Below, piece after piece: positions 1-8,368 of a stretch of 37,488 nt of DNA; the first letter of the stretch is position 1; each line of letters opens with the position of its first letter. Both the position numbers and the translations under genes were made by a program. The notes beneath the pieces were generated by a model, which was not told where the DNA came from, searched no databases, and worked only from the letters and a program-made list of their open reading frames with translations. The stretch is from Pseudomonadota bacterium (lineage in GTDB: Bacteria > Bdellovibrionota_B > Oligoflexia > Oligoflexales > CAIYRB01), in contig JAYVBB010000175.1 in the NCBI GenBank assembly GCA_043750715.1, forward strand, positions 1 through 37,488, read 5' to 3'.

Positions 1-2
1 CC

Positions 3-470
3 ATAACGCTGAAGGAAGTCGAGGCCGATCCGACGGAAGCCGTCTTCCGGTATACGCACGGCATCGCGCGCCACGACGGCATGTGCCAGCGCCTGTTTCA
101 CGGCCACCGCTGCGCGATCCAGATCTTCGTCGGGGAAGAGCGCCGTCCTGACCTCGAACACTACGTCGCCCGCGACGTAATGGGTGCTCAGGTTCACATT
201 GCGACGCCCTCGCAGTTCAAGGTCGGGATGATCGAGCCTGGCATGCGCGGCAAGACGAAGGAACCGATCACGCTAGGCTACGAGGGCACCCAGGGCTACT
301 TCGAAGCCACGATCCCCTCCGACCGGGTGTTCTGCGTCGACCGCGAGACGAGCATCGAATGCATCACCCACGAGCTCGCGAAGCTGATCAAAAGGGAAGA
401 AAACACCGCCGAGCGCGTGCGTGTGATCTGCTACGAAGGCATCAACAAAGGTGCACAGGCCGACGCGTAG
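3..470 (+). CDS. hypothetical protein, 5'-truncated by window edge
   Basis: Frame 3 is open from the window edge (ITLKEVEADPTEAVFRYTHG...) through the listed 81..470 ORF to TAG at 468-470. Codons are GC3-rich. No family recognised by eye. Confidence 0.5.
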   Translation: MTLKEVEADPTEAVFRYTHGIARHDGMCQRLFHGHRCAIQIFVGEERRPDLEHYVARDVMGAQVHIATPSQFKVGMIEPGMRGKTKEPITLGYEGTQGYFEATIPSDRVFCVDRETSIECITHELAKLIKREENTAERVRVICYEGINKGAQADA

Positions 471-509
471 CCCCGGCCCCTCAATCGACTTGCGACTATC
501 GACTAGCGA

Positions 510-1415
510 CTACGCCGAGTACTTGCGCAAGATTTCGTCGACGAATTCCTGCGACATCGCCTCGCGGCGGAAAACGTCCGGCTGGGCCTCATAAGCAGCC
601 CGAACGGCGTCGGTCTCCGCCTTGAAGTCGTCGGAGAGGGCCTTGCCCGTGCGCATTTCCTTGAGGATCCCGAAGACGCATTTGGCGCAGCGCACCATCA
701 GCTCGACGTGCCCCTTGGCGAGCACCTTTTTGCTCGATTCTTTCGCGTAAGTCTTGCTCAGCGCGTCGATGACTTCGCAGAGGATCCGGAGCTGGTGGTA
801 GCCGTCCTTCCCTCCGAGGAAGAGGTACGCACCGTAGAGGCCGTTGAAGCGTTGGCCGATCGCGACGAACTGCGGCACGGCCGCGGGGTCGGCGGCGATT
901 TTTTTGAGGAGATCGATGGTCTGCTTGGCGTGCTGGGTCGCTTCCGCGATGCTTTCACCCGAAGCCGTTTGCTGCGCTTTCAACGCGGGTTTTTCCACCT
1001 TACCGTGGCCGTGACGAGCCATGTAGGGCTTGATGAAATAATCGACGACGTCCTGCCGGCGCACGGGCAAAGGCCGGACGTGAAGCTTCGGATGCTTTCT
1101 GATGGCGCCGGCAAGCGGCTCGAACATCGGCGCGGGGACGTAAACCAGGACACTGACCGCCGCGGCGCCGACCGCCTGCTCGATTTCCTTGAAGCGCGGC
1201 TCGAGATCGGTCTCGTTCGGAAAGAAGCTGGCGGCGTCGACCACGACGTTCCATATGAGCTGGTCCGTCTGCATCAGCTTCGCGCACGTCGTCATGCTGT
1301 CGGCGTTGATTTTTTCCGCCGTGAAACCGAGCGTGTTCAGCGTTTGGACCATGCTTACACGGAACTCGCCGCTCGACGTCAGCATCACCGATTTGATTTT
1401 TTCCTGCTTCGGCAT
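510..1415 (-). CDS. hypothetical protein with N-terminal receiver-like (pseudo-receiver) domain and helical C-terminal domain
   Basis: 301-aa ORF lying 30 nt downstream of the amidotransferase gene on the same strand. The N-terminal ~130 aa shows CheY-like strand periodicity (SVMLTSS / NVVVDAA / VLVYVP / YFIKPY), but the acidic DD pair is replaced by SS. The C-terminal ~150 aa is helical with no recognised motif. Confidence 0.6.
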   Translation of the reverse strand: MPKQEKIKSVMLTSSGEFRVSMVQTLNTLGFTAEKINADSMTTCAKLMQTDQLIWNVVVDAASFFPNETDLEPRFKEIEQAVGAAAVSVLVYVPAPMFEPLAGAIRKHPKLHVRPLPVRRQDVVDYFIKPYMARHGHGKVEKPALKAQQTASGESIAEATQHAKQTIDLLKKIAADPAAVPQFVAIGQRFNGLYGAYLFLGGKDGYHQLRILCEVIDALSKTYAKESSKKVLAKGHVELMVRCAKCVFGILKEMRTGKALSDDFKAETDAVRAAYEAQPDVFRREAMSQEFVDEILRKYSA

Positions 1416-1445
1416 ACTTCGTGATCGGAAAATCCAGGCGCCGAT

Positions 1446-2042
1446 TTAGTGCGGATTCGTCAGGCGGAGCCAGTTGCCCCGAAGCAGTGCCGCGGATTCA
1501 CTGAGAAAGGATTCAGGATGAAACTGAATGCCAAAGGCATCGGCGTCGCCGGCGACTTCCCGGGCGATTGCCTGAACTTCCCCGAGCTCGCACCGGGCGG
1601 TCACCCGCCACGGCGCCGGCAAAGTCGCTTCCTCGACGACCAGGGAGTTGTAGGTCGCGGCGCGAAACGACGCCGCGCCGAGGCCGGCGAAGAGCCCTCC
1701 CGAGCGTAAGGGGCGAATCTCCCTCGTCGAGCCATGAAACGGCGCGCTGCCGGGGACGATGCGGGCACCCGCCAGGTGCGCCAGCAGCTGGTGGCCGAGG
1801 CAAATGCCGAGAATCGGCGTCTTTCCGAGGAGCTTTTGCACCAGCGCCAACGTCGCGCGGGCATCTTCGGGGCGTTTGGGGCCGGGAGAGAGCACGAGCG
1901 GCACAGGCGCGGCGGCCAGAGCTGCCATGGCCGCTTCGTCGTCGAAGCAAACGCGCTCCACCTTCACGTCCGGATCCTGCTCGAGCCAATCTATGACGTT
2001 GAAAGTGAAGCTGTCATAATGATCTATCAGAGCCAATCGCAT
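1446..2042 (-). CDS. pabA: class-I glutamine amidotransferase, anthranilate / aminodeoxychorismate synthase component II (TrpG/PabA type)
   Basis: N-terminus MRLALIDHYDSFTFNV. GICLGHQ carries the nucleophile Cys and FHPES the His-Glu pair. The 198-aa length is typical. The gene is stand-alone and not in a trp operon, so pabA is preferred over trpG, but this is uncertain. Confidence 0.85.
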   Translation of the reverse strand: MRLALIDHYDSFTFNVIDWLEQDPDVKVERVCFDDEAAMAALAAAPVPLVLSPGPKRPEDARATLALVQKLLGKTPILGICLGHQLLAHLAGARIVPGSAPFHGSTREIRPLRSGGLFAGLGAASFRAATYNSLVVEEATLPAPWRVTARCELGEVQAIAREVAGDADAFGIQFHPESFLSESAALLRGNWLRLTNPH

Positions 2043-2059
2043 TGCCTGAGGTTACACCG

Positions 2060-2842
2060 ATGTTCCGTCCCGTCGCCATCCTGTGTTTCGCCTACATCGG
2101 CGGCGCGGCCGTCGCCGCGGAAGCCCCGAGATCCCAAGATGAAAACGTCAGCGAGGCGTTTTCCGTCCTCGGCAAGGTCAACCGCGCCTCGGAGCTCGAA
2201 CCCGCGGGATCGCGCGGCTCGATGGGGCTCGGCGTCGGCGCCGGCATGACCCGCTCGACCGTGCCGGAGCAGAATCCGGTGCTGGCCGCCCAGCTCGGGG
2301 ACGATTCGTTGGACAACGAGGACGCGGCCGGCACGACCGTCGACGTCCCACGCGTCTGGGTGGTCAAAGGTCTGCCGATGCCGGTCGACGTCGGCTTTTC
2401 CGGCGGCAAGGAAAATGGCTCCGGCATCACTCAGGCGAGCGGCTACGCCCAATGGACGATCTACGAAGCCCTGGCAATGCCGGCGATCGCGGTGCGCGGC
2501 AGCTACGGCCGCCTGTTCGGCCTCGAGGGCCTCGGCATGACGACGACCGGAGTCGAAGCCCTCGCCGGCATGGGCCTGCTCCGCTACTTCACGTTCTTCG
2601 GCCGCGCCGGCATCTACCAGCACAAAGGCGAGCTCAGCATCGACCAGGAAAGCAACCTGGCGTTCACGCTGGTCGACGGGGAAGAGGAAAAGACCGTGAC
2701 GCGCGGCTGGAGCGAGACCGTCATGGGCACGGGCCTCCGCATCATGATCTTACCGCCGTTCGTATCGCTCACGGGCGAGATGGAATGGAGCAGCGAGACG
2801 AACGGGCGCGACTTCGCGGCCAAGCTCGGCTTCGGGATGTAA
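2060..2842 (+). CDS. secreted / outer-membrane-like hypothetical protein
   Basis: ATG at 2060 is preceded by GAGG. Signal peptide MFRPVAILCFAYIGGAAVAAEA. The C-terminal half has alternating hydrophobic beta-strand-like patterns. The TTG at 2042 in the ORF track is less likely to be the start. Confidence 0.6.
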   Translation: MFRPVAILCFAYIGGAAVAAEAPRSQDENVSEAFSVLGKVNRASELEPAGSRGSMGLGVGAGMTRSTVPEQNPVLAAQLGDDSLDNEDAAGTTVDVPRVWVVKGLPMPVDVGFSGGKENGSGITQASGYAQWTIYEALAMPAIAVRGSYGRLFGLEGLGMTTTGVEALAGMGLLRYFTFFGRAGIYQHKGELSIDQESNLAFTLVDGEEEKTVTRGWSETVMGTGLRIMILPPFVSLTGEMEWSSETNGRDFAAKLGFGM

Positions 2843-2845
2843 ACG

Positions 2846-2873
2846 AAAAAGGCCCCGCCGGACGGCTGGGCCT
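2846..2873 (-). terminator. putative intrinsic terminator for the lipoprotein gene, between convergent genes
   Basis: On the minus strand there is a hairpin, AGGCCCAGCC-GTCC-GGCGGGGCCT, with stems GGCCC/GGGCC and GCC/GGC and one mismatch. It is followed by TTTTT (plus-strand AAAAA at 2846-2850). Confidence 0.45.
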
Positions 2874-2899
2874 CTGGATGGTAGTACCGAGTTGCTGGG

Positions 2900-4306
2900 T
2901 CAGTCGATTTCCGGGAAGAACCGGACGACGTTACTGCAGGCGAAGGTGCCGCCGGCGCCGTTGGTCGAAACGTAAGAGCTGAGGGCTACTTGATTCTGGT
3001 CCTCGTCGCCCGCGACTTTGAGCTTCACGTTGCCGTAGGTCCAAGTGATCGTCGCGTTCTTGTTCTTGGCGTTGAGCGTCGAGCTGGGATCCTGGGCTTC
3101 GAGGGGCTTGATGGTGTCGTTGTTCACGAATTTCGGGCCGAGCGTCAGGACATTGGAGGCGACACCGAAGGACACGTTTTCGGCGATGTTGTTGGCCGGC
3201 ACGGCCGTGATCAGAGCGAGGGGATCGGAGTTGACGCCCACGACGTTGGCCGTGATGGCGGCAGCGCCGTCCAGGTTGTCCTGATCGACGACCGACACCG
3301 CGCGGTTGAACATGATTTTGATCGAGCCGTCAGCCGCGTAGTTCTGAAAGAGCGTGCTGCAGGAGATCACTTTCAGCGGCTGGTTGCCGTCGGTCAGAAT
3401 GACGTTCAGGTCATAGGTGTTGAGGTCGTTGGGAAGAGCGCCGCTAATGCCTAGCACGAGGTTGGCGTGGGCCGCAGCGACGAAGTCCTTGGCGATCGGC
3501 GGGTACACGGTGACTTTGTAAAGTGCGCCGAGGCTCAATTTGTCGGCGGTGAACGTCGCATAGCCGTCGTCGCCCGTGGTGCCGCGCATTGGCAGGATAC
3601 GCGTGCCGGTCGCCGTGTTCACGAACGTGCCGTCAAAGCCGAACGTTCCGGAGGAGCCGGAGGCCATGGCTTCAACGTCGACTAGGGCGTCTTTGACCGG
3701 AGCGCCGTTGTAAACCGCACGCACGCGCAGGTCGCGGGTCGTGTTGCCGAGAGGGAAGAGGCGGATGTCCTGGAGCTCGAGGGGATCGGGGATCTTGACC
3801 TCTTCGACGACGGCTTGGCCGTCGGCCGCGACGCGTTTGGCTCGGGTCGAGGTGATCTTGACCGAGGACTCGAACGGCATGTAACCGTCGAGGAAGGCGT
3901 ACACGGGATAATCTTCTTCTACCGGAATGTCGCAGATGAAGTATTGACCTTCGATGCCGTCGACCTTGGTCGCCGCGATCTTGGTGCCGCGGATCAGGAC
4001 GAACAGCTTCGTCACGTCGAGGGCGATCGGTTGGCCGGTGAAGCCGTCGGTGACGACGCCTTGGAGGCAGCCGTAGCCGTCTTTGGCGCCAGGAGGTACG
4101 GGAGTCCCGGGCGTTCCGGGAGGGGTCTCGGCCGACGTTTTGTTCGTCGTGCCTTTACCTTCTTCTTCGGTGGTCTCTTCGGTGCTGCCACCGCCGCCAC
4201 CGCCGCCGCTGCTCGATTTTTTCTTGAAGGGGCCAAAGCACCCTCCGAGAACCAGGCTGCCAGCGATCGTAATCGCCAAAGCGAACGTACCTTGCGTCAA
4301 TTTCAT
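2900..4306 (-). CDS. lipoprotein with Gly/Thr/Pro-rich linker and carboxypeptidase-regulatory-like (CarboxypepD_reg) beta-sandwich domain
   Basis: Lipobox LVLGGC follows a signal peptide, then SSSGGGGGGGSTEETTEEEG...PPGTPGTPVPPG. The GVVTDGFTGQPI motif is typical of CarboxypepD_reg folds. A GGGAGG RBS lies upstream of the ATG. Confidence 0.75.
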   Translation of the reverse strand: MKLTQGTFALAITIAGSLVLGGCFGPFKKKSSSGGGGGGGSTEETTEEEGKGTTNKTSAETPPGTPGTPVPPGAKDGYGCLQGVVTDGFTGQPIALDVTKLFVLIRGTKIAATKVDGIEGQYFICDIPVEEDYPVYAFLDGYMPFESSVKITSTRAKRVAADGQAVVEEVKIPDPLELQDIRLFPLGNTTRDLRVRAVYNGAPVKDALVDVEAMASGSSGTFGFDGTFVNTATGTRILPMRGTTGDDGYATFTADKLSLGALYKVTVYPPIAKDFVAAAHANLVLGISGALPNDLNTYDLNVILTDGNQPLKVISCSTLFQNYAADGSIKIMFNRAVSVVDQDNLDGAAAITANVVGVNSDPLALITAVPANNIAENVSFGVASNVLTLGPKFVNNDTIKPLEAQDPSSTLNAKNKNATITWTYGNVKLKVAGDEDQNQVALSSYVSTNGAGGTFACSNVVRFFPEID

Positions 4307-4436
4307 GATGAAATGCCTCCCAGCCCATCCATGCCGGTTAAAGAATGATCGTTACATCCTCCCTTTTCGGCAAAGGCTGGCCCAGCTTTAGTGGAGTTAA
4401 GGCATGTCAGTATTTTTGAGGCGTTATCTCGGACGT

Positions 4437-6278
4437 TTAGGGCAGTACGGGCTGGGTGCCTTTACGGAAAATAGCCGTGGCGGACTGTCCAACGGTTACG
4501 ATCGATTGCGGGTCCTTTTTCAGGTCGTCCATGGTGACGCGGACGACCCGGTCGCGGACGAGCAGGTATAGCTCCCCTTCCGTCCGTAAATTGTCTTCGA
4601 TCAGGTTGAGGCGCGCTTTGATGGCAAGCGGGAGACGCACGTAGCCGTCGCGGACCCCGGTGTAGGCCATTTCGGCGCCGAGCAGCTTCGTGAGGGTCCG
4701 GACGTCGGCTTTGTCGAGGGCCGGGGCATTCATCGTCGCGAGCCAACCCGAGCGATCCTGAAAGTGGACGTTGACGCCCGGACCGCTGGCTTCCCGGTTG
4801 CTCAGGACGACGCGGCCTTCGCCGGAGAAGAGGCGCCAGAGCGCCGAGAGCTGCGCCTTCGACTTCAGGCGGATCTTGATTTTCTGATTCTTGGCCGAGC
4901 TGAAGGCAAGCCATTTGGCCAGCACGCCGTCGCCGAGCATGAGCTTCTCGAAGTGCACGGTCACCTGCTTTTCCGGAAGGTCAGCGAGCGACGCGAGCGT
5001 CAAGCGAGTCGGTTGGTCGGTCGCCATGGACGCTTCGATGTCGCCCGACGCGAGGTGGCCCGGGTACATGTCTACCGTGAAATTGCCGCTGACGCGGGAC
5101 TTGGCGCTCGGTCCGCAGATCTGCTCCATCGGCATCTTCACGAACTGGCGGCTGATCTGGTTGGCGCCGAACATACGGAATGGCTTCGCTCCGGAAGGAT
5201 GGAACTCGATGAAGGGCTGCCAGATCGTCGACGGCGACAAATGAAAGCGCGGCGCGATCGGAATCAGCAAATCCTTGGTCGAGGCGCATTCCGACTGCAG
5301 CGAGACGCCCGTGATCAGCACCGACTTCTGGACGCGCACGATCAAGGGATCGAGCGTGTGCGGGTCGGTTTTCGGCGGCGGCGCCATTTCGAGGACCCGG
5401 GCGGGAATCACGACCGGTTTGATCGCGACCTTGGGAATTGTCATGACGGCCGGAACCGGCTCCGGCACGGGCGGTAGCACGATTTCGCGGCTCAGAACCG
5501 GTACCATTTGCAAGATAGCAAGCGGCGCGGGTTTGGCGGGGGCGACGGGAGCCCCGGGGGTGCCTGCCTGAGTGGACGCCACACTCACTTTCGCTGCGAC
5601 CGGAGGCGGCGGAGGGGGCACTTTCGACGCCGGGATGACGCGCGGCGGAAAGTTCGGGGTCTTGCTCAAAGCCAGTGTCGATTCGAGGCGGGTCTGGAGC
5701 TCGAAAACCTGTCCGCCGGATTGAATGCTCAAAGGCTCGATGATTTTCGGCTCAGCCTGCGCGGCAGTGAGCGACGCCATCACGCTCTCGAAGGCTTGGG
5801 CCGTGGGAGACAGCGGGGGCTTCCGAGGCTGCGTCATCGACGCTGCGATCTGTCCTTTTAGAAGCACCAACTGCAAGTGGCCGGTCGACACGTTGCCGTC
5901 ATTTTCCTCGTCGATGCCGACCATGCTGTTGGGTCCGAGCACGAACCGCCGACCGCCCGGGAAGTCGACCAAAGCATGGCCGTCTTTGCCGGTCGCGACC
6001 ACGTCGCCCCGGCGCAAACCCTGATCGGTCCGCGCGTCTTCCCAAAGAATTGAGGTCTCCGTACGGTATTTGACCGTACCCACGGCTTGCGTAACCTTGG
6101 CGAGAACTGGGCCGTCGGCTGGTTTCACGAGGTCGAAGCGGATCAGGGAGTGCAGGACGACGGAGAAAGCCATGACCCAGACGACACCGACGAGCGCGAG
6201 CCAACGAGGGCGCGCCGCCCGGGCCGTGAGGCCTGCGGCGGGTAGAAAGTCGGGGGTGGCGGTGGGTTCTCCTGACAT
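4437..6278 (-). CDS. FecR-domain membrane protein with proline-rich linker and large unknown C-terminal domain
   Basis: Start placed at the ATG at 6278 (MSGEPTATPDF), which has a GGAGGA RBS. The 30 codons upstream (to 6368) have AT-rich third positions atypical for this DNA. One TM segment (WLALVGVVWVMAFSVVL). FecR-like segment GTVKYRTETSILWEDARTDQGLRRGDVVATGKDGHALVDFPGGRRFVLGPNSMV. PPPPPP tract. Confidence 0.75.
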   Translation of the reverse strand: MSGEPTATPDFLPAAGLTARAARPRWLALVGVVWVMAFSVVLHSLIRFDLVKPADGPVLAKVTQAVGTVKYRTETSILWEDARTDQGLRRGDVVATGKDGHALVDFPGGRRFVLGPNSMVGIDEENDGNVSTGHLQLVLLKGQIAASMTQPRKPPLSPTAQAFESVMASLTAAQAEPKIIEPLSIQSGGQVFELQTRLESTLALSKTPNFPPRVIPASKVPPPPPPVAAKVSVASTQAGTPGAPVAPAKPAPLAILQMVPVLSREIVLPPVPEPVPAVMTIPKVAIKPVVIPARVLEMAPPPKTDPHTLDPLIVRVQKSVLITGVSLQSECASTKDLLIPIAPRFHLSPSTIWQPFIEFHPSGAKPFRMFGANQISRQFVKMPMEQICGPSAKSRVSGNFTVDMYPGHLASGDIEASMATDQPTRLTLASLADLPEKQVTVHFEKLMLGDGVLAKWLAFSSAKNQKIKIRLKSKAQLSALWRLFSGEGRVVLSNREASGPGVNVHFQDRSGWLATMNAPALDKADVRTLTKLLGAEMAYTGVRDGYVRLPLAIKARLNLIEDNLRTEGELYLLVRDRVVRVTMDDLKKDPQSIVTVGQSATAIFRKGTQPVLP

Positions 6279-6424
6279 GGGTCCTCCGGGGCATTGTTTC
6301 GGAAGGTCCGCGAAGACATTTAGGTAATCTCGAAAATTTGTAGTTCTTCCGAGCACCTCCGACTCCATAACGGCTCATAAACGCCGATATCTACTTAGGG
6401 AAACTTCTCAACCCGAAGGATTTC

Positions 6425-8368
6425 GTGCAGCGACTGCCTCTCCATCGCTCTCTGGCGTTCAAGCTCTTCTTGGGCGTCTCTTTCATGCTCTGCGTCGCGC
6501 TAGGCATCAACGCCTGGCACAACGCGGAAAGCATTCGCACGACTTTGCTCCTTGGAATCCAGGACAAAGCGATGCAGAACGCGCGGCGTACCGCGACCAG
6601 TGCCGATGCCGTGATCGACTCCTGGCTGAGCCAGCTCATCGTCATCACTAACGGGTTGAGCGGTGCTCCGAAAGACCGGTATAGCGAGCTGATCCAGGGA
6701 TTTGCCTCGTCGAATCCCGAATTTCTGACCGTCGAGCTGATGCTCGAAACGAAAGAAAACGGCAAAACGAAGTTCAGCTCGCTCGCGAAAGCGAACGTGG
6801 TGAACGCCAACGACGAGCGCCTTTTAGGCAAAGGGAACATGGAAGTCGCGACGAGCGTCGGCAACGCCGCGCGCAGTTGGCTTGAAGCCAAGACGCCGGA
6901 CGACAAGTCGCAAGGCTTCGCCATCACCAATCTCACGCTGACCTCGAAAGTCCCCACCGTCGGCCTCGTCCTCTCGTTCCCCGTCCGCGGCAGCTCCGAG
7001 AAGCTCTGGGCCGTCCTGACCGCCTGGCAGACGAAGCTCTACGGCTCGCTTTCCGGCGGTGGTCGCGACCAGGTTGCGCTTCTCGACGCCGGCGGCCGAC
7101 TCGTTTCGGCGTCCAACGTCAAGCTGCTCGACCGCGCCCGACAGAATTACACGTCGCACCCCCTGCTCCGCGGTTTGTCGGCGACCGCCTCGCCTTATGG
7201 ATTCAAGCAATGGCACCGCCGCACGGGTCCCGTCCTCGGTGCTTACGCCAAGCTGCCGCGCCTGGGCTTGATCGCGCTGACGGAATCAGACGCGACCCCG
7301 GCCTACGCCGCCATGCAAATGGTGCTGACGCGGTCGCTGCTGTGGGCCGCCCTGCTGCTCCTGGTCTCGCTGCTCGCCAGCTACCTGGCCGCATCCGGAA
7401 TCACCCGCAACCTCCGCCAACTCATGGCAACCACGGTCCAAATCGCCAACGGCGACTTCAAGGCCCGGGTCGAGCTGAAGTCGAACGACGAAATCGGGCT
7501 CCTCGGCGGAGCCGTCAACAACATGGGTGGCCAGCTCGAACTCCTTATGGGGGACCGCCTGGAGAAGGCCCGCCTCGAAGCCGAGCTCAAGACCGCGAAA
7601 ATCGTCCAGGACGCGTTCTTCCCCAAACTAAAGCCCGACGAGGCGGAGTTCCGCTTCTCGACGTTCTTCCGCCCGGCCTCCGAGTGCGGAGGCGACTGGT
7701 GGGGCCACTACCGTCTGTCTCCCAAGCACGAGCTGATTTGCATCGCGGACGCGACTGGTCACGGCGTTCCCGCAGCCCTCGTGACGGCGATGGTCTTTGC
7801 CGCGACGTCGATCATGGCGAGGCGCTTCGTCGAGCGCGGTAAAGACCGCTACTCGCCGTCGGACCTGCTGCGCGAGCTCAATGCAACCCTCTGCGAAACG
7901 GAGAGCGCCAAGCTTACGATGACGTTCTTCGCCATCATCTTCGACCTCGAGACGGGCTTCATGCACTTCTGCAACGCCGCCCACAATTTCCCGTTGCTGC
8001 TGCGAAAGGGCGAGGTCGCTCCGATCACGCTGCGCTCGGTCAACGACCCGCTCGGCATGTACCCGGACGTCGCCTACAAGGACGCCGAGCCCGTGCAGAT
8101 CATGCCGGGCGACCGCGTCATTCTCTTCACCGACGGGCTGATCGAGTGCACGGACGCCAAAGATGACCCGTGGGGCCGCCGTCGCTTCCATAAGGCATTG
8201 AAGGCTCATACGGGCGGATCCCTCGTCGAGCTCAAGGACAACCTTGTGAAAAGCGCTTACGCCCACTTCGGCGACCACCCGGCGGAAGACGACGTCACGG
8301 TCGTCGTCACCGAAGTTCCCGAAACCTGGGAATCGCCCGCTCTTCCCAAGCTGGAGGAAGCCGGATGA
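6425..8368 (+). CDS. membrane sensor with periplasmic domain, HAMP domain and PP2C/SpoIIE-family serine phosphatase domain (RsbU-like)
   Basis: GTG start with a GAAGGA RBS. N-terminal TM, ~270-aa extracytoplasmic region, second TM. HAMP segment (ITRNLRQLMATTVQIANGDFKARVELKSNDEIGLLGGAVNNM). PP2C motifs GGDWWG, DATGHGVPAALV, LFTDGLIE, DDVTVVV. Confidence 0.9.
   Translation: MQRLPLHRSLAFKLFLGVSFMLCVALGINAWHNAESIRTTLLLGIQDKAMQNARRTATSADAVIDSWLSQLIVITNGLSGAPKDRYSELIQGFASSNPEFLTVELMLETKENGKTKFSSLAKANVVNANDERLLGKGNMEVATSVGNAARSWLEAKTPDDKSQGFAITNLTLTSKVPTVGLVLSFPVRGSSEKLWAVLTAWQTKLYGSLSGGGRDQVALLDAGGRLVSASNVKLLDRARQNYTSHPLLRGLSATASPYGFKQWHRRTGPVLGAYAKLPRLGLIALTESDATPAYAAMQMVLTRSLLWAALLLLVSLLASYLAASGITRNLRQLMATTVQIANGDFKARVELKSNDEIGLLGGAVNNMGGQLELLMGDRLEKARLEAELKTAKIVQDAFFPKLKPDEAEFRFSTFFRPASECGGDWWGHYRLSPKHELICIADATGHGVPAALVTAMVFAATSIMARRFVERGKDRYSPSDLLRELNATLCETESAKLTMTFFAIIFDLETGFMHFCNAAHNFPLLLRKGEVAPITLRSVNDPLGMYPDVAYKDAEPVQIMPGDRVILFTDGLIECTDAKDDPWGRRRFHKALKAHTGGSLVELKDNLVKSAYAHFGDHPAEDDVTVVVTEVPETWESPALPKLEEAG

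Noticed and set aside
6279-6368. 30-codon N-terminal extension of the FecR-domain gene (ORF-track start at 6368)
   Set aside because: No RBS, and AT-rich third codon positions (aga act aca aat ttt cga gat tac cta aat) unlike the rest of the gene. The ATG at 6278 has a GGAGGA RBS.
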